A stretch of 64,000 bases of DNA from an uncultured Candidatus Peribacteria bacterium (GCA_964343715.1 CAYFJZ010000006.1:96425-160424), one strand, 5' to 3'; positions 51,449 through 60,882 are shown, counted from the stretch's first letter. The notes: generated from the letters alone by a model not told the origin. A program made the numbers and translations.

Positions 51449-51478
51449 GGCGGCTCACCCGAGCCGCCCAAACTTTTT
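51449..51478 (+). terminator. Intrinsic terminator after the MBL-fold gene
   Basis: GGCGGCTC-ACCC-GAGCCGCC followed by CAAACTTTTT. Confidence 0.6.
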
Positions 51479-51557
51479 GACTTCAAAATAATTTTCTCTC
51501 GTTAAAAAAGGTAAAAATCGAGTGTTTGCCATTCCAATAAACTATATATGGATCCGC

Positions 51558-52103
51558 TTACCTAGACACCTGAAACAAAAAATCCGATTTCAGACTCGGA
51601 TCGGTTTTGAAATTACCCAAAAAGTCCGTCGTAACCGTTTCGGCCTTAGGTTTTTGGACGCCTCGAGCCGACATACACAAGTGCAGTCCCGTCATCTGAA
51701 CAGCCACTCCTTTGGGCTTCAGCGCTTCGTTCAGTGTTTTTGCAATCTGCGTGGTTAATCGTTCTTGGTTCTGTAGTCGACGTGAAAAAGCCTCTACCAA
51801 TCGAGGGATTTTGGAAAGCCCCGTAATATGCTGGTCCGGAATATAAGCCACATGCGCTACCCCGAAAAAGGGAATCATATGATGCTCACAGACCGAAAAA
51901 TACTCGATATTGCGCACCAAAACCATCTCGTCATAGGCCTCATTGGTAAAGGTCTTCAGAATCGATTTTGGATCAACTTTGTATCCCGAAAAAAGTTCGG
52001 CGTAGGCTTTCTCAACCCGAGCAGGGGTGTCGACGAGTCCCTCACGAGAGGGGTCATCGCCCACATGAGTAATGATCTGTTGGATGTGAGATTGAATCGA
52101 CAT
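51558..52103 (-). CDS. folE: GTP cyclohydrolase I
   Basis: DPSREGLVDTPARV, FSVCEHHMIPFFG, GLSKIPRLV and QERLT. ATG at 52103. Confidence 0.92.
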   Translation of the reverse strand: MSIQSHIQQIITHVGDDPSREGLVDTPARVEKAYAELFSGYKVDPKSILKTFTNEAYDEMVLVRNIEYFSVCEHHMIPFFGVAHVAYIPDQHITGLSKIPRLVEAFSRRLQNQERLTTQIAKTLNEALKPKGVAVQMTGLHLCMSARGVQKPKAETVTTDFLGNFKTDPSLKSDFLFQVSR

Positions 52104-52106
52104 TTT

Positions 52107-52142
52107 CAATAAACAATAAACAATTAACAATTAACAATAATG
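52107..52142 (-). repeat. TAATTGTTAATTG-type motif
   Basis: The minus strand reads TTATTGTTAATTGTTAATTGTTTATTGTTTATTG, 3 nt upstream of the folE ATG. Confidence 0.75.
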
Positions 52143-52169
52143 TTCCTCTGCGTAGTATCAATAAAGCCA

Positions 52170-52204
52170 AAATTGTTAATTGCTAATTACTAATTGTTAA
52201 TTGG
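52170..52204 (+). repeat. TAATTGTTAATTG-type motif overlapping the folK 3' end
   Basis: AAATTGTTAATTGCTAATTACTAATTGTTAATTGG. Its complement encodes ...PINN plus the stop TAG. Confidence 0.8.
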
Positions 52205-52603
52205 TTTTTTCATTACTTCAGAAAGCGGCCCCATCACAAAATCCCGCTTTTCCATCTCTGGATGAGGAATCACCAGATCTGGTTCGTTCACGATCGTACT
52301 TCCAAAAAGCAAAATGTCTAGGTCCAAAGTGCGATCATCCCACTTTTTTTCCCGAATTCGTCCATTTTCGTTCTCGATTTGCTGAAGCAATTCCAAAAGC
52401 TTCCGAGGTGATTTATCGGTCTCAATTCGCCACACCGCATTTGTAAAAATATTCTTCGCCACCCCTCCAATGGGGGGAGTCTGGATGAGTGAAGACTTTT
52501 TGATAATACGAATCCCCGCATCAATAAGCGATTTTTCAGTATTCTCAAAGTATTTATTCGCGTCCCCCAGAGATGAGCCCAAAGCCACATAAGCAGTCGT
52601 CAT
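52190..52603 (-). CDS. folK: 2-amino-4-hydroxy-6-hydroxymethyldihydropteridine diphosphokinase (HPPK)
   Basis: AYVALGSSLGD, WDDRTLDLDILLFG, LVIPHPEMEKRDFV.GPL. Confidence 0.88.
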   Translation of the reverse strand: MTTAYVALGSSLGDANKYFENTEKSLIDAGIRIIKKSSLIQTPPIGGVAKNIFTNAVWRIETDKSPRKLLELLQQIENENGRIREKKWDDRTLDLDILLFGSTIVNEPDLVIPHPEMEKRDFVMGPLSEVMKKPINN

Positions 52604-52628
52604 TTTTCCTTTTAATAAAGGGGTTTCT

Positions 52629-52637
52629 GTGGTATAA
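52629..52637 (+). promoter_or_regulatory. Extended -10 TGgTATAAT
   Basis: Lies 40 nt upstream of the muramidase ATG (52677). Confidence 0.5.
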
Positions 52638-52676
52638 TGTAAAGATTTTTAAACCGCTTTCAAAGCAAAGTAAAAA

Positions 52677-54680
52677 ATGCGACATTTTATCTTCCAAAAT
52701 GGACTCAATGAATCTCTCCCAAAAGCAGAGGGAGGGCGCATTCAAACACCAGAGCAAATTAAAGCGGCAACCAGGAGGGGAGAAGAAAAGGCAGGAAGGA
52801 GAATCGAAAAAAGACATGGAATCCATCTCAAAGAGCTCTTAGACCCAGAATTCAAAAATAAGTCTCGAGAAAAGATCGTTGAAAAAATAAAACCAATTTC
52901 GGCTGAGAAAATTTTGAAGCTGAGTGACGAATTACTCGTAAAACTCTTTTCCGACAAAGATGGGAAGAGGGATCTTTTCGAAAGAAAAGAACCACAAATA
53001 AAAGCGAGAGTTGAAAAAGCCTTCAAAAACGAAAAAGCCATTGCCGCAGCGAGAGAGGCAATGGGAATAAAAAGTAAAAAACCCGACGCCCCAAAAATGG
53101 ATCCCCTAGAGTTAGAGGCGCTCAAAAAAAAGGGAGTCAAGGGGCTTCTGGAGCATCTTAACAAGTCTCAGGTGAATAGGGAGGATATGAAAGTACTTTT
53201 GGCTGATGTGACACTAGAGCAGCTAAAAGCGCTAGACGATGAGAGTATCGCCAAGATATTTTCAGGATCCAACGGAAAAATGGAGCTTTTTGGAAGAGAC
53301 AAGGGCGAAAAGGGAGCAGGATTGAAAGAGCGAGTGGTAAGGGCTTTCGTGAATTTGGCAAAAAAAACGAATCCCGAGGTAAACCCTCTTCTCACAGAAG
53401 AACTGAATCAGTTAAAAAGCAGAGGACTTAAGGCCGTCATTGAGAAGCTCAAAAAAACTTCTCTCCATCGAGATGACATGAAAAAGCTCTTAGCCGATGT
53501 AACTCCAGAACAGTTGTTGGCCCTGAAGGATCCCAAAGAATTGGGACTTCTTTTTCCCAGAAATTCACACTTTTACGGAATTGATAAATTTAGTAAGCAT
53601 GAAGAACTGCAGAAGGCGGTGAAAAAAGGACAAGAAAAGCTCTCGACGGACACGCTCAGCGATATTTTCAAGAACAAAGACAAACTCCAGTCACCAGAAG
53701 TAGCCGAAAAACTCAAAAGAGTAACTACCAAACATCTATTGGGAAAAGACCTTCCTCAAGCCGAAGAAGGAAAGCCCCTCACAGACAAACAGATTGCCGA
53801 GTACGCCAAAAAAGAGCCCGAGTTGGCCAAACTCTTTCTCAAAACGATCGAAGAAGGGAAGATCTTTATCGTGGATTTTCAGGGACACGAAGGCGCCATA
53901 CAGAACATCGGTTTGGGAGATCTGCTCCCTCCAACACAGAAATTTGTAAAGGTAAATGGAGTTGTGGGGAAAAGGTCTATTTCCGGCTCTGGAAAAGTCG
54001 GATACCTCACCCGAGAAGGAAGATACATTCCCGTTTTTGGAGGAGAAAAAGTAGAACTCCAGGTTTCAGAAGCAGAACAGAAAGGATTCGATACTATACG
54101 GACACTGTCGCCAAAAGAAGAAATTGAAAACAAGAAAAGATTCAAAGAAAACGAAGGGCAGATGAATCGAGTAAACAGAATCAAGAATCTTCCATTATCA
54201 CCCGTAGAAAAAGAGGCTCTGAACAAAGTCGCTGAGGACCTCAAGGTTGATCCCTGTGTAATACAGGCCATTATGCGCCAAGAATCAGGAAGTGGAAACC
54301 TAAGAGCGGTAAGGCATGAGCCTCCCTACATCCGAAAAGGGCGGCGAAAGGGATACAGTCCAGAAGAAGCAGAGGCCTATGGGACGAGTTATGGGCGGTT
54401 TCAGATCATGGGATTCAACTACGCCAAGTGTGGGTTTAGTTCCCCCCTAGAACTCAAAAGAGTCATGATGACCGGAACTATAGGAGATCAATTCAACGCT
54501 TTTGCGAATTTTATCAGAAACAAGCCCCCACTTCACAGAGCTATGCAGAACAAAGAATGGTCCACCATTGCTCATTATTACAACGGAGCAGGGTACGCTC
54601 GAAATAACTACGACAACGAAATCAGAAACCACTACCAAGCCTTCAAAATGCGAGAAGGAGCAAACATGAATATGGCCTAG
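52677..54680 (+). CDS. N-acetylmuramidase (DUF3380/PF11860-like) with Lys/Glu-rich repeat N-terminal region
   Basis: The C-terminal ~170 aa (IMRQESGSG...YGRFQIMGFNY...QFNAFANFI...IAHYYNGAGYARNNYD) fit the muramidase domain. The N-terminus carries three ~95-aa repeats. TGgTATAAT promoter at 52629-52637. Confidence 0.8.
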   Translation: MRHFIFQNGLNESLPKAEGGRIQTPEQIKAATRRGEEKAGRRIEKRHGIHLKELLDPEFKNKSREKIVEKIKPISAEKILKLSDELLVKLFSDKDGKRDLFERKEPQIKARVEKAFKNEKAIAAAREAMGIKSKKPDAPKMDPLELEALKKKGVKGLLEHLNKSQVNREDMKVLLADVTLEQLKALDDESIAKIFSGSNGKMELFGRDKGEKGAGLKERVVRAFVNLAKKTNPEVNPLLTEELNQLKSRGLKAVIEKLKKTSLHRDDMKKLLADVTPEQLLALKDPKELGLLFPRNSHFYGIDKFSKHEELQKAVKKGQEKLSTDTLSDIFKNKDKLQSPEVAEKLKRVTTKHLLGKDLPQAEEGKPLTDKQIAEYAKKEPELAKLFLKTIEEGKIFIVDFQGHEGAIQNIGLGDLLPPTQKFVKVNGVVGKRSISGSGKVGYLTREGRYIPVFGGEKVELQVSEAEQKGFDTIRTLSPKEEIENKKRFKENEGQMNRVNRIKNLPLSPVEKEALNKVAEDLKVDPCVIQAIMRQESGSGNLRAVRHEPPYIRKGRRKGYSPEEAEAYGTSYGRFQIMGFNYAKCGFSSPLELKRVMMTGTIGDQFNAFANFIRNKPPLHRAMQNKEWSTIAHYYNGAGYARNNYDNEIRNHYQAFKMREGANMNMA

Positions 54681-54857
54681 TTTTAAGCCGCAAAAAAAGC
54701 GAATCAATCAGGGAATCATTAAATATTTTTAATGTACTACTTTAAAATATATGAAAATGTGCACAATGAAATTTTCCCACGAATTCCTTGCCAAAGCGGA
54801 AAACCAAAGCTTAAGATGTGCATTGCTTCTTTTATTATTTTTTAACCCTTTTTAAAA

Positions 54858-55142
54858 ATGGCACTGTCAAAAGGAGATCTCATCACCGCTGTAGCTTCCA
54901 GCGCAGGACTTACTAAGAAAGCAGCAGGAGAAGCTCTCGAGGCTATCCTCGAAGCCGTAACCGGAGAACTTGCAGGAGGAGGACAAGTTACAATCACCGG
55001 ATTCGGAACGTTCAAAGTTTCTCAACGAGCAGCTCGAACGGGAGTTAATCCACAGAATCCTTCACAGAAAATTCAGATCCCAGCTACGGTTGTTCCAACC
55101 TTCAAAGCCGGAAAAAACCTTAAGGAAGCGGTTAAGAAATAA
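54858..55142 (+). CDS. HU-family DNA-binding protein
   Basis: 94 aa. GFGTFKVSQRAARTGVNPQN...IPATVVPTFKAGK is the canonical HU arm. Terminator at 55173-55204. Confidence 0.93.
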   Translation: MALSKGDLITAVASSAGLTKKAAGEALEAILEAVTGELAGGGQVTITGFGTFKVSQRAARTGVNPQNPSQKIQIPATVVPTFKAGKNLKEAVKK

Positions 55143-55172
55143 GACTTTAAAGAGAATTTGAAACGAAGAAAA

Positions 55173-55204
55173 ACCGCTGAGGAATTGCCTCAGCGGTTTT
55201 TATT
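55173..55204 (+). terminator. Intrinsic terminator after the HU gene
   Basis: ACCGCTGAGG / CCTCAGCGGT plus T-tract. Confidence 0.85.
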
Positions 55205-55295
55205 TATGTCCGGCGCAGCTATCTAAAGCGATTTAACAAATCGTGAAGCTGGATTCTCCTAGATTGTATGAAGTGAGAACTTCACCTTACAATTT

Positions 55296-56201
55296 CTACT
55301 GCTTATTGTTGGTTCCTTGTTGTTCACTGTTTTTTCGTCCTCGTCGTCGTCCATTTCGCCCCCCATTTCCTCGACGCTCATTATCAGAATTTCCTCCAGA
55401 TCCTTTGTTGAAGGCCTTCGTAAGTCCCTGAATTTCATCCACCATTGAGATAAATTCCTTTTTCTTATCATTTAGGAGCTTTTCTTCGTCTCGGATTTTA
55501 TTTTTTAGGCCTTCGATTTGTTTCTGGTATTCCTGGATTTTGTCTAGATGGCCCTGAACATATCCCTGAATTTGAGATTTGATAGAAGCGAGTGAAGCCA
55601 AAGGATCAGTGCTATCATCAGTAGTCGCCGTGTCACTTCCAAATGCCGGAGTAGTTTCTTCGACCGGAGCGGGAGTGGGATCGGCACCAATAGCCACATC
55701 CACGGGAGCTCCAAAAGGATCGGCCTCAGCGGCCTCTGGGGCCGGAGCTTGAGGCGCTTCGGTTGCAGGAGCTTCGGCTGCGGGAGCGGCAAAAGGATCT
55801 TCCACAGGAGCCACTTCTTCCACAGGGGCCGCAGTTTCGTCTGCTGGCGCCATAAAATCATTGGCTGGGGCTGGAGGAGCCGTGTCTTCTGTGACAGGAG
55901 CCTCTTCGATTTCAGGAGCCGTTTCGGCGACTGTTTCAGGCTCATCTGCCGTTAGAGGGGGGAGTTCTGCCTCCTCTGTGGGAGTGGCATCAAGTGCATC
56001 GTCAGAAGTGAGAGACGCTTCCTCTACAACGGGAGCACTCTGATCCTGAGAATTTTCCTCTGGGGCCACTACGGCATTATCAGAGGGGGGAGTTGTTTGT
56101 GCATTTTGGTCATCACCCACAGTCCCTCCATTCTTACCGGAAGTAGTCTGCGCATTCTGATCCTCATCACCGAGACCGAAACTAAAATTTACCATGGCCA
56201 A
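55296..56201 (-). CDS. Hypothetical acidic low-complexity protein with C-terminal coiled coil and Arg/Gly-rich tail
   Basis: 301 aa. Ala/Pro/Glu/Thr-rich for ~200 aa, then a heptad-like segment (IQEYQKQIEGLKNKIRDEEKLL) and RRGNGGRNGRRRGRK. Confidence 0.6.
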   Translation of the reverse strand: MAMVNFSFGLGDEDQNAQTTSGKNGGTVGDDQNAQTTPPSDNAVVAPEENSQDQSAPVVEEASLTSDDALDATPTEEAELPPLTADEPETVAETAPEIEEAPVTEDTAPPAPANDFMAPADETAAPVEEVAPVEDPFAAPAAEAPATEAPQAPAPEAAEADPFGAPVDVAIGADPTPAPVEETTPAFGSDTATTDDSTDPLASLASIKSQIQGYVQGHLDKIQEYQKQIEGLKNKIRDEEKLLNDKKKEFISMVDEIQGLTKAFNKGSGGNSDNERRGNGGRNGRRRGRKNSEQQGTNNKQ

Positions 56202-56295
56202 ATATTTAGGTTAGAAATTAAGCAAGATAAATTGACTTTCAAACAAAAATCTAAATACTATACGCGATTTTTCCGAAAAGATCAAGATTTTTCAC

Positions 56296-57342
56296 GTGAA
56301 AACACTACTAAAACGCGTTTCCGATGTGCAAAAAGAAGCCAGAAGCGCTCTTTTGCAGGTAAAAACCCTCGAACAGCTCAAACAGTTCGAAATTCAGCAT
56401 TTGGGGAAGAAGAGTCCGCTGAATGAGATTCTTCGTTCGCTGAAAAATCTTTCGAGTGAAGAAAAAAAGGAATTAGGGCCTGAAGTTCAAAAAGTATCTC
56501 AGGCACTGAGGGAGGAGCACCAAAACACTCGGAAGAAACTAGAAGACGATCAGCTAGAGGCTCGACTAAAGGCTGAGTGGATCGACGTAACCAAGCATCA
56601 TCCGCTCAAAAAAGGAGCGCTTCATCCTATATCGCTGGTTCAAAAACAGGTCGAATCGATCTTTAGTTCGATGGGATTTCAAGTAGCTGATGGGCCCGAA
56701 GTAGAGAGTGAATGGCACAATTTTGACGCACTCAACATTCCCGACAGCCATCCAGCAAGAGACATGCAGGATACTTTTTGGATCAAAAGTGGAGACCGAA
56801 AACCCGAAAAAAACCGAGTTCTCCGAACTCAAACTTCTAATATGCAGATAAGAAACATGCGGGAACAAGGCGTTCCCATCCGCCTGATAGCGCCTGGAAG
56901 AGTCTTTCGTTCAGAAGACGTTGATGCCAGTCACGATGCGATGTTCTATCAGGTAGAAGGGCTGCTTGTGGACCAGAACATATCGTTATCACACCTCAAG
57001 GGGACAATCGAAGAGTTTCTCAGTCAGCTTTTTGAAAGCGCCATAACCATTCGCCTTCGACCGGGATATTTTCCCTTTGTCGAACCAGGGCTCGAAGTCG
57101 ATTTTTCATGCACCCTGTGCAAGGGCGAAGGATGTCGCACGTGCAAAAACACTGGCTGGATAGAGTTTATGGGGGCTGGAATGGTTCATCCCAACGTCCT
57201 CAAAAACTGTGATGTAGATCCGACCAAATATTCCGGTTTTGCTTTTGGTTTTGGGCTGACCCGGCTGGCCATGATGAAGTACAAGATAGACGACATTCGA
57301 CTACTTACTTCACAAAAGAAGGAGTTTTTGTCTCAATTCTGA
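56296..57342 (+). CDS. pheS: Phenylalanine--tRNA ligase alpha subunit
   Basis: HPARDMQDTFW, class II motifs (GRVFRSEDVDASHDAMFYQVEG, GAGMVHPNVL, GFAFGFGLTRLAM). GTG start at 56296. Confidence 0.95.
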   Translation: MKTLLKRVSDVQKEARSALLQVKTLEQLKQFEIQHLGKKSPLNEILRSLKNLSSEEKKELGPEVQKVSQALREEHQNTRKKLEDDQLEARLKAEWIDVTKHHPLKKGALHPISLVQKQVESIFSSMGFQVADGPEVESEWHNFDALNIPDSHPARDMQDTFWIKSGDRKPEKNRVLRTQTSNMQIRNMREQGVPIRLIAPGRVFRSEDVDASHDAMFYQVEGLLVDQNISLSHLKGTIEEFLSQLFESAITIRLRPGYFPFVEPGLEVDFSCTLCKGEGCRTCKNTGWIEFMGAGMVHPNVLKNCDVDPTKYSGFAFGFGLTRLAMMKYKIDDIRLLTSQKKEFLSQF

Positions 57343-57432
57343 TCGGATCATCTCCTCTAAACTACAAAGAAACCCGCTCAAGAAGAGCGCCTCTACTTTC
57401 ACCACCCGATACTTATTAATTTCAACCGAAAA

Positions 57433-58590
57433 ATGGGAAAATTTCAAAATCGAATCGCTAAGTTTCCAAAAGAACTCCAACAATTAATTGAAAAGGGGAA
57501 AAACCAAAAATTTATTACCGAACAGGAGCTTATTAAAGTGGTTCCTGATATCGAAGAAAACATTGCCATACTAGATGATTTTTATGAGTTGCTTTTTGAT
57601 TTGGGGATCGACGTCATCGACGTAAAAGAAGAAAAAATCTGGAAAGAAGCCCTCAAGGCCAAGGAAGAAAAAGAAAAAGGCCCTAAAATTGAGGTCGCCA
57701 AAAAAGAAGGAGAAAAAGAAGAAACCGAAAAAGAAGAAGAGGCCGAGATGCCGAAGGTCGATCTTTCAGAAATCGCCAACGATTCGGTTCGAATGTATCT
57801 CAATGAGATCGGAAGAATTCCGCTCCTTACCGCGGAAGAAGAAGTATCTCTCGCCAAAAGAATCGAGATGGGGGATCTTTCGGCCAAACAAAAACTCGCT
57901 GAATCCAATCTGAGATTGGTCGTGTCTATTGCCAAAAGATACATCGGAAGAGGCCTCCCTTTCCTGGATCTGATGCAGGAGGGGAATTTTGGACTACTAC
58001 GGGCGGTAGAAAAATTCGACTATCGAAAAGGATTTAAGTTTTCCACCTACGCCACTTGGTGGATCCGCCAAGCCATTACACGCGCCATTGCCGATCAGGC
58101 CCGGACGATTCGAATTCCGGTGCATATGGTGGAGACCATCAACAAACTCACCCATACCCAGCGTCGTCTACTCCAGGAGTTCGGACGAGAACCCCTTCCC
58201 GAAGAAATCGCCGCCGAAATGGATATGGACGTGAAGAAGGTCAACCACATCCTCAAGATTTCTCAAGACATCGTTTCGCTCGAATCACCGGTCGGAACAG
58301 AAGAAGACTCCAAACTCGGAGACTTCATCGAAGACGAATCAGCAATTTCTCCTTTTGATTCGGCCCACCGAATTCTCATCAAAGAAAACATCACCGAACT
58401 GCTCCAGTACCTTTCTCCTCGAGAGCAGAAGATCATAAAAATGCGTTTCGGGCTCGAAGACGGTGTCACCCACACCCTGGAAGAGGTGGGGAGAGAATTC
58501 AACGTTACCCGAGAACGTATTCGACAGATCGAGAGTAAGGTGCTCGAAAAAATGCGAGAACATCCAATGTCAGTGAAGATATCCGACTAG
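57433..58590 (+). CDS. rpoD: RNA polymerase primary sigma factor (sigma-70)
   Basis: Regions 1.2 to 4.2 are present ([72 protein letters not shown]). Confidence 0.95.
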   Translation: MGKFQNRIAKFPKELQQLIEKGKNQKFITEQELIKVVPDIEENIAILDDFYELLFDLGIDVIDVKEEKIWKEALKAKEEKEKGPKIEVAKKEGEKEETEKEEEAEMPKVDLSEIANDSVRMYLNEIGRIPLLTAEEEVSLAKRIEMGDLSAKQKLAESNLRLVVSIAKRYIGRGLPFLDLMQEGNFGLLRAVEKFDYRKGFKFSTYATWWIRQAITRAIADQARTIRIPVHMVETINKLTHTQRRLLQEFGREPLPEEIAAEMDMDVKKVNHILKISQDIVSLESPVGTEEDSKLGDFIEDESAISPFDSAHRILIKENITELLQYLSPREQKIIKMRFGLEDGVTHTLEEVGREFNVTRERIRQIESKVLEKMREHPMSVKISD

Positions 58591-58600
58591 AAAATCTTTC

Positions 58601-59155
58601 TTAGGCTGCTTCATTAAGGACGGCCCAGGTTGGGGGGAGAACCCTGTTCTGTAGATTTTGCGCTGGAAGTTTGGCCTTCAGCGCAGGGAGCAAAGAAGCC
58701 CTATCAAGTAGGGATTGGACAGCCAGAGGTACATTTCCACCCCGATGCGGCAGAAGATCCAGTAGAGGAGACCCGGCGGTCAATCCATCAGGGCTCACCC
58801 GAATAAAACATCCTTCCTGAATGTCTGCTTCCTTAAGGGACGCCTGAGGGGAAAGGCGAAGAGTACTCTCATCCGAGAGGACCAAATCAGCTACTCCGGC
58901 ACTTTTTTTCTTTGGTTCAGACGGCCAATCAGGCATCTCCTGGTCTTCGTACTGTTCGATTACACCTCTTATAACTTCAGCCACAGTAACAAGTGAAGGA
59001 ACAATTCTATCTATTATAAAATTCGTTCCGTCTGGGCCTTCAACACGGATACTAATCATTTCATCCTTTTCGATAGCATTATCAACCACGGAATAAGTAA
59101 CTCGAGTACCAGTTTCTTGGGTTACGGGGAAAGAAGATTCTTCAGGAGAAGCCAT
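58601..59155 (-). CDS. Hypothetical protein
   Basis: 184-aa ORF downstream of a TTGACA-18-TATAAA promoter (59185-59214). No recognisable domain. Confidence 0.55.
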   Translation of the reverse strand: MASPEESSFPVTQETGTRVTYSVVDNAIEKDEMISIRVEGPDGTNFIIDRIVPSLVTVAEVIRGVIEQYEDQEMPDWPSEPKKKSAGVADLVLSDESTLRLSPQASLKEADIQEGCFIRVSPDGLTAGSPLLDLLPHRGGNVPLAVQSLLDRASLLPALKAKLPAQNLQNRVLPPTWAVLNEAA

Positions 59156-59184
59156 GAGGATTATTTTTTAACAATATCGAAGAG

Positions 59185-59214
59185 TTTATAATATATCTTA
59201 CGAGAGATTGTCAA
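59185..59214 (-). promoter_or_regulatory. Sigma-70-type promoter TTGACA-18-TATAAA
   Basis: The minus strand reads TTGACAATCTCTCGTAAGATATATTATAAA, upstream of the 58601-59155 gene. Confidence 0.55.
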
Positions 59215-59307
59215 GTGGTAAGTTTTATTATTGATTAAAGAGTATAATAGGGGAAGAAGCCGGCAAACGTGTTGCCGGCTTCTTATCATTCCCTCTCCTC
59301 CCATAGA

Positions 59308-59727
59308 TCATGGCCGCCTGCGAACCTTTTGGACCAAGTAGCGATTCTGTCTAAACGCAACGAGGTAGACCGACCCATCAATCGTTCCTCCAACGACAAA
59401 GATGGGACGGGACTTATCGACCATAAGGCGAACCTTGTAGGCGGCATTGACACTCGGATCGCTCCGAAACCCTCGAGACTTCAGAAGGCTGTCGATGAGG
59501 GTTGTCCGAACGAAAAACAAGTTGTCCTTGTGGTGACCTCTATAGGGAGAAACATAGATCCCATTGATGTGTTTCCCAAAGGAGTAAGGCTTAGGCTGCT
59601 TGGCATAGAGCTGGGCGGCCCGAACCCTTTGAACCATATCTTTAAAGGGCATGCTCGGTTTTGCGTGGGTGGAAATGGGGTGGAGGAGCCCCAAAAAGAC
59701 AAACAAGAATAATCCAATACGGACCAT
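59308..59727 (-). CDS. Hypothetical secreted protein
   Basis: 139 aa with signal peptide IGLFLFVFLGLLHPISTHA. Confidence 0.55.
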   Translation of the reverse strand: MVRIGLFLFVFLGLLHPISTHAKPSMPFKDMVQRVRAAQLYAKQPKPYSFGKHINGIYVSPYRGHHKDNLFFVRTTLIDSLLKSRGFRSDPSVNAAYKVRLMVDKSRPIFVVGGTIDGSVYLVAFRQNRYLVQKVRRRP

Positions 59728-60027
59728 GAGAAACTCCTTCTCAGGTTCTAAAAGGGTGGATAATTACTTCGGGAGTCAAAAAGTGATGGAGGGCTCACTG
59801 CTCAACTCCCAAAGTAATTGTCAGTGGAGAGGGAATCTGTTTTCGAACCGCGGTGGAAATGATTCTACCGTGGTCACAAAAACAAATTTATCTCCACCGA
59901 AAACGAATACGCAAAGAACCCACCCCGAGAGGAGCTTTTTTGGTTTTATTCACCCCCTTCTTTAAACATTGTTTAGAGGGGTGTCAATACCTCGGTAATA
60001 CTTTTGTCTTCTCTGGAGAGGGAGTGC

Positions 60028-60882
60028 CTAAAAGACACGAAATGAATCAAACACAGCTTTGGAAGTTTCGATAAAATCGCTCGCGGTTCTCGCATCGCCT
60101 TTGGTCTCTATAACAAAGATTCCCCCCTCCAAATCCGCCACATAATACCGGTTCACAAAAATCGATTCGAGGCCGGTCTGAGTAGCTATGAAATGCTCAG
60201 AAAACGTACTGGTTTTGATTTCGGAATTCAAAACCGTCTGCGCTTCGCGGGTGAGGCGAGTCGTCTTCCCGGTGAGGAAGAATTTTTGCCGCATATTTTC
60301 ATTTTTAGAGAGGGCAATCGCACACATCGTAAAACTCACCCCCTGACATCCGTTCTCAATCCGATGAACTGAAATAGTGAAATCCGATCGAGAATTTGTA
60401 AACAGATGGGTGTTTTCTGGGGTGGGGTGCCAATTGTTGGGCACGTGAATCGAAAAACGATCGTTTTCATAAGTCTCCATAAGTCGGACATCCCCTCCCG
60501 TATTCGTTTTTACAGATCCCGAATAATGCACACGGTCTCGCCAACTAGCCTGGTTGTTTTTTCGGACACTGTGCGCCCGAAAAGCCTGTGACATTCTCTT
60601 GCGAGATTCGAGTCGAACAGGTCTATATCTATGAGAACGAGCTCTCGGGACGGGAGAATTAAGTCGGTGAATATTTTTTTTGCGATTAAAAGCCCCATAT
60701 CGATGCGTAAATCCACGTCGAGAACGAACGTATTGCACTTTTACTTCTCCGCCTCGTTCCAACTGTTTTTTCATGGCATAGACATGATAGGCGCTTCTCG
60801 AAGCATCTGCCGTCCAAACAAGGGCGGCTCCACTCAGCACTCCTCCCAAAACCAATACGAACATTTTTTTCATTTTATACAT
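60028..60882 (-). CDS. Hypothetical secreted/anchored protein (tandem paralogue B)
   Basis: Signal/anchor, ASRSAYH, an Arg-rich linker and a C-terminal globular part ending DSFRVF. Its ATG directly abuts the upstream stop (TAAATG). Confidence 0.65.
   Translation of the reverse strand: MYKMKKMFVLVLGGVLSGAALVWTADASRSAYHVYAMKKQLERGGEVKVQYVRSRRGFTHRYGAFNRKKNIHRLNSPVPRARSHRYRPVRLESRKRMSQAFRAHSVRKNNQASWRDRVHYSGSVKTNTGGDVRLMETYENDRFSIHVPNNWHPTPENTHLFTNSRSDFTISVHRIENGCQGVSFTMCAIALSKNENMRQKFFLTGKTTRLTREAQTVLNSEIKTSTFSEHFIATQTGLESIFVNRYYVADLEGGIFVIETKGDARTASDFIETSKAVFDSFRVF

Noticed and set aside
58601-59155. A ubiquitin-like (YukD/beta-grasp) fold in the 184-aa protein, suggested by LVLSDESTLRLSPQASLKEADIQEGCFIRVSP
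   Set aside because: The resemblance is a loose pattern only. Nothing in the neighbourhood (no ESX/T7SS-like genes) supports it, and I cannot verify a fold from sequence by eye.
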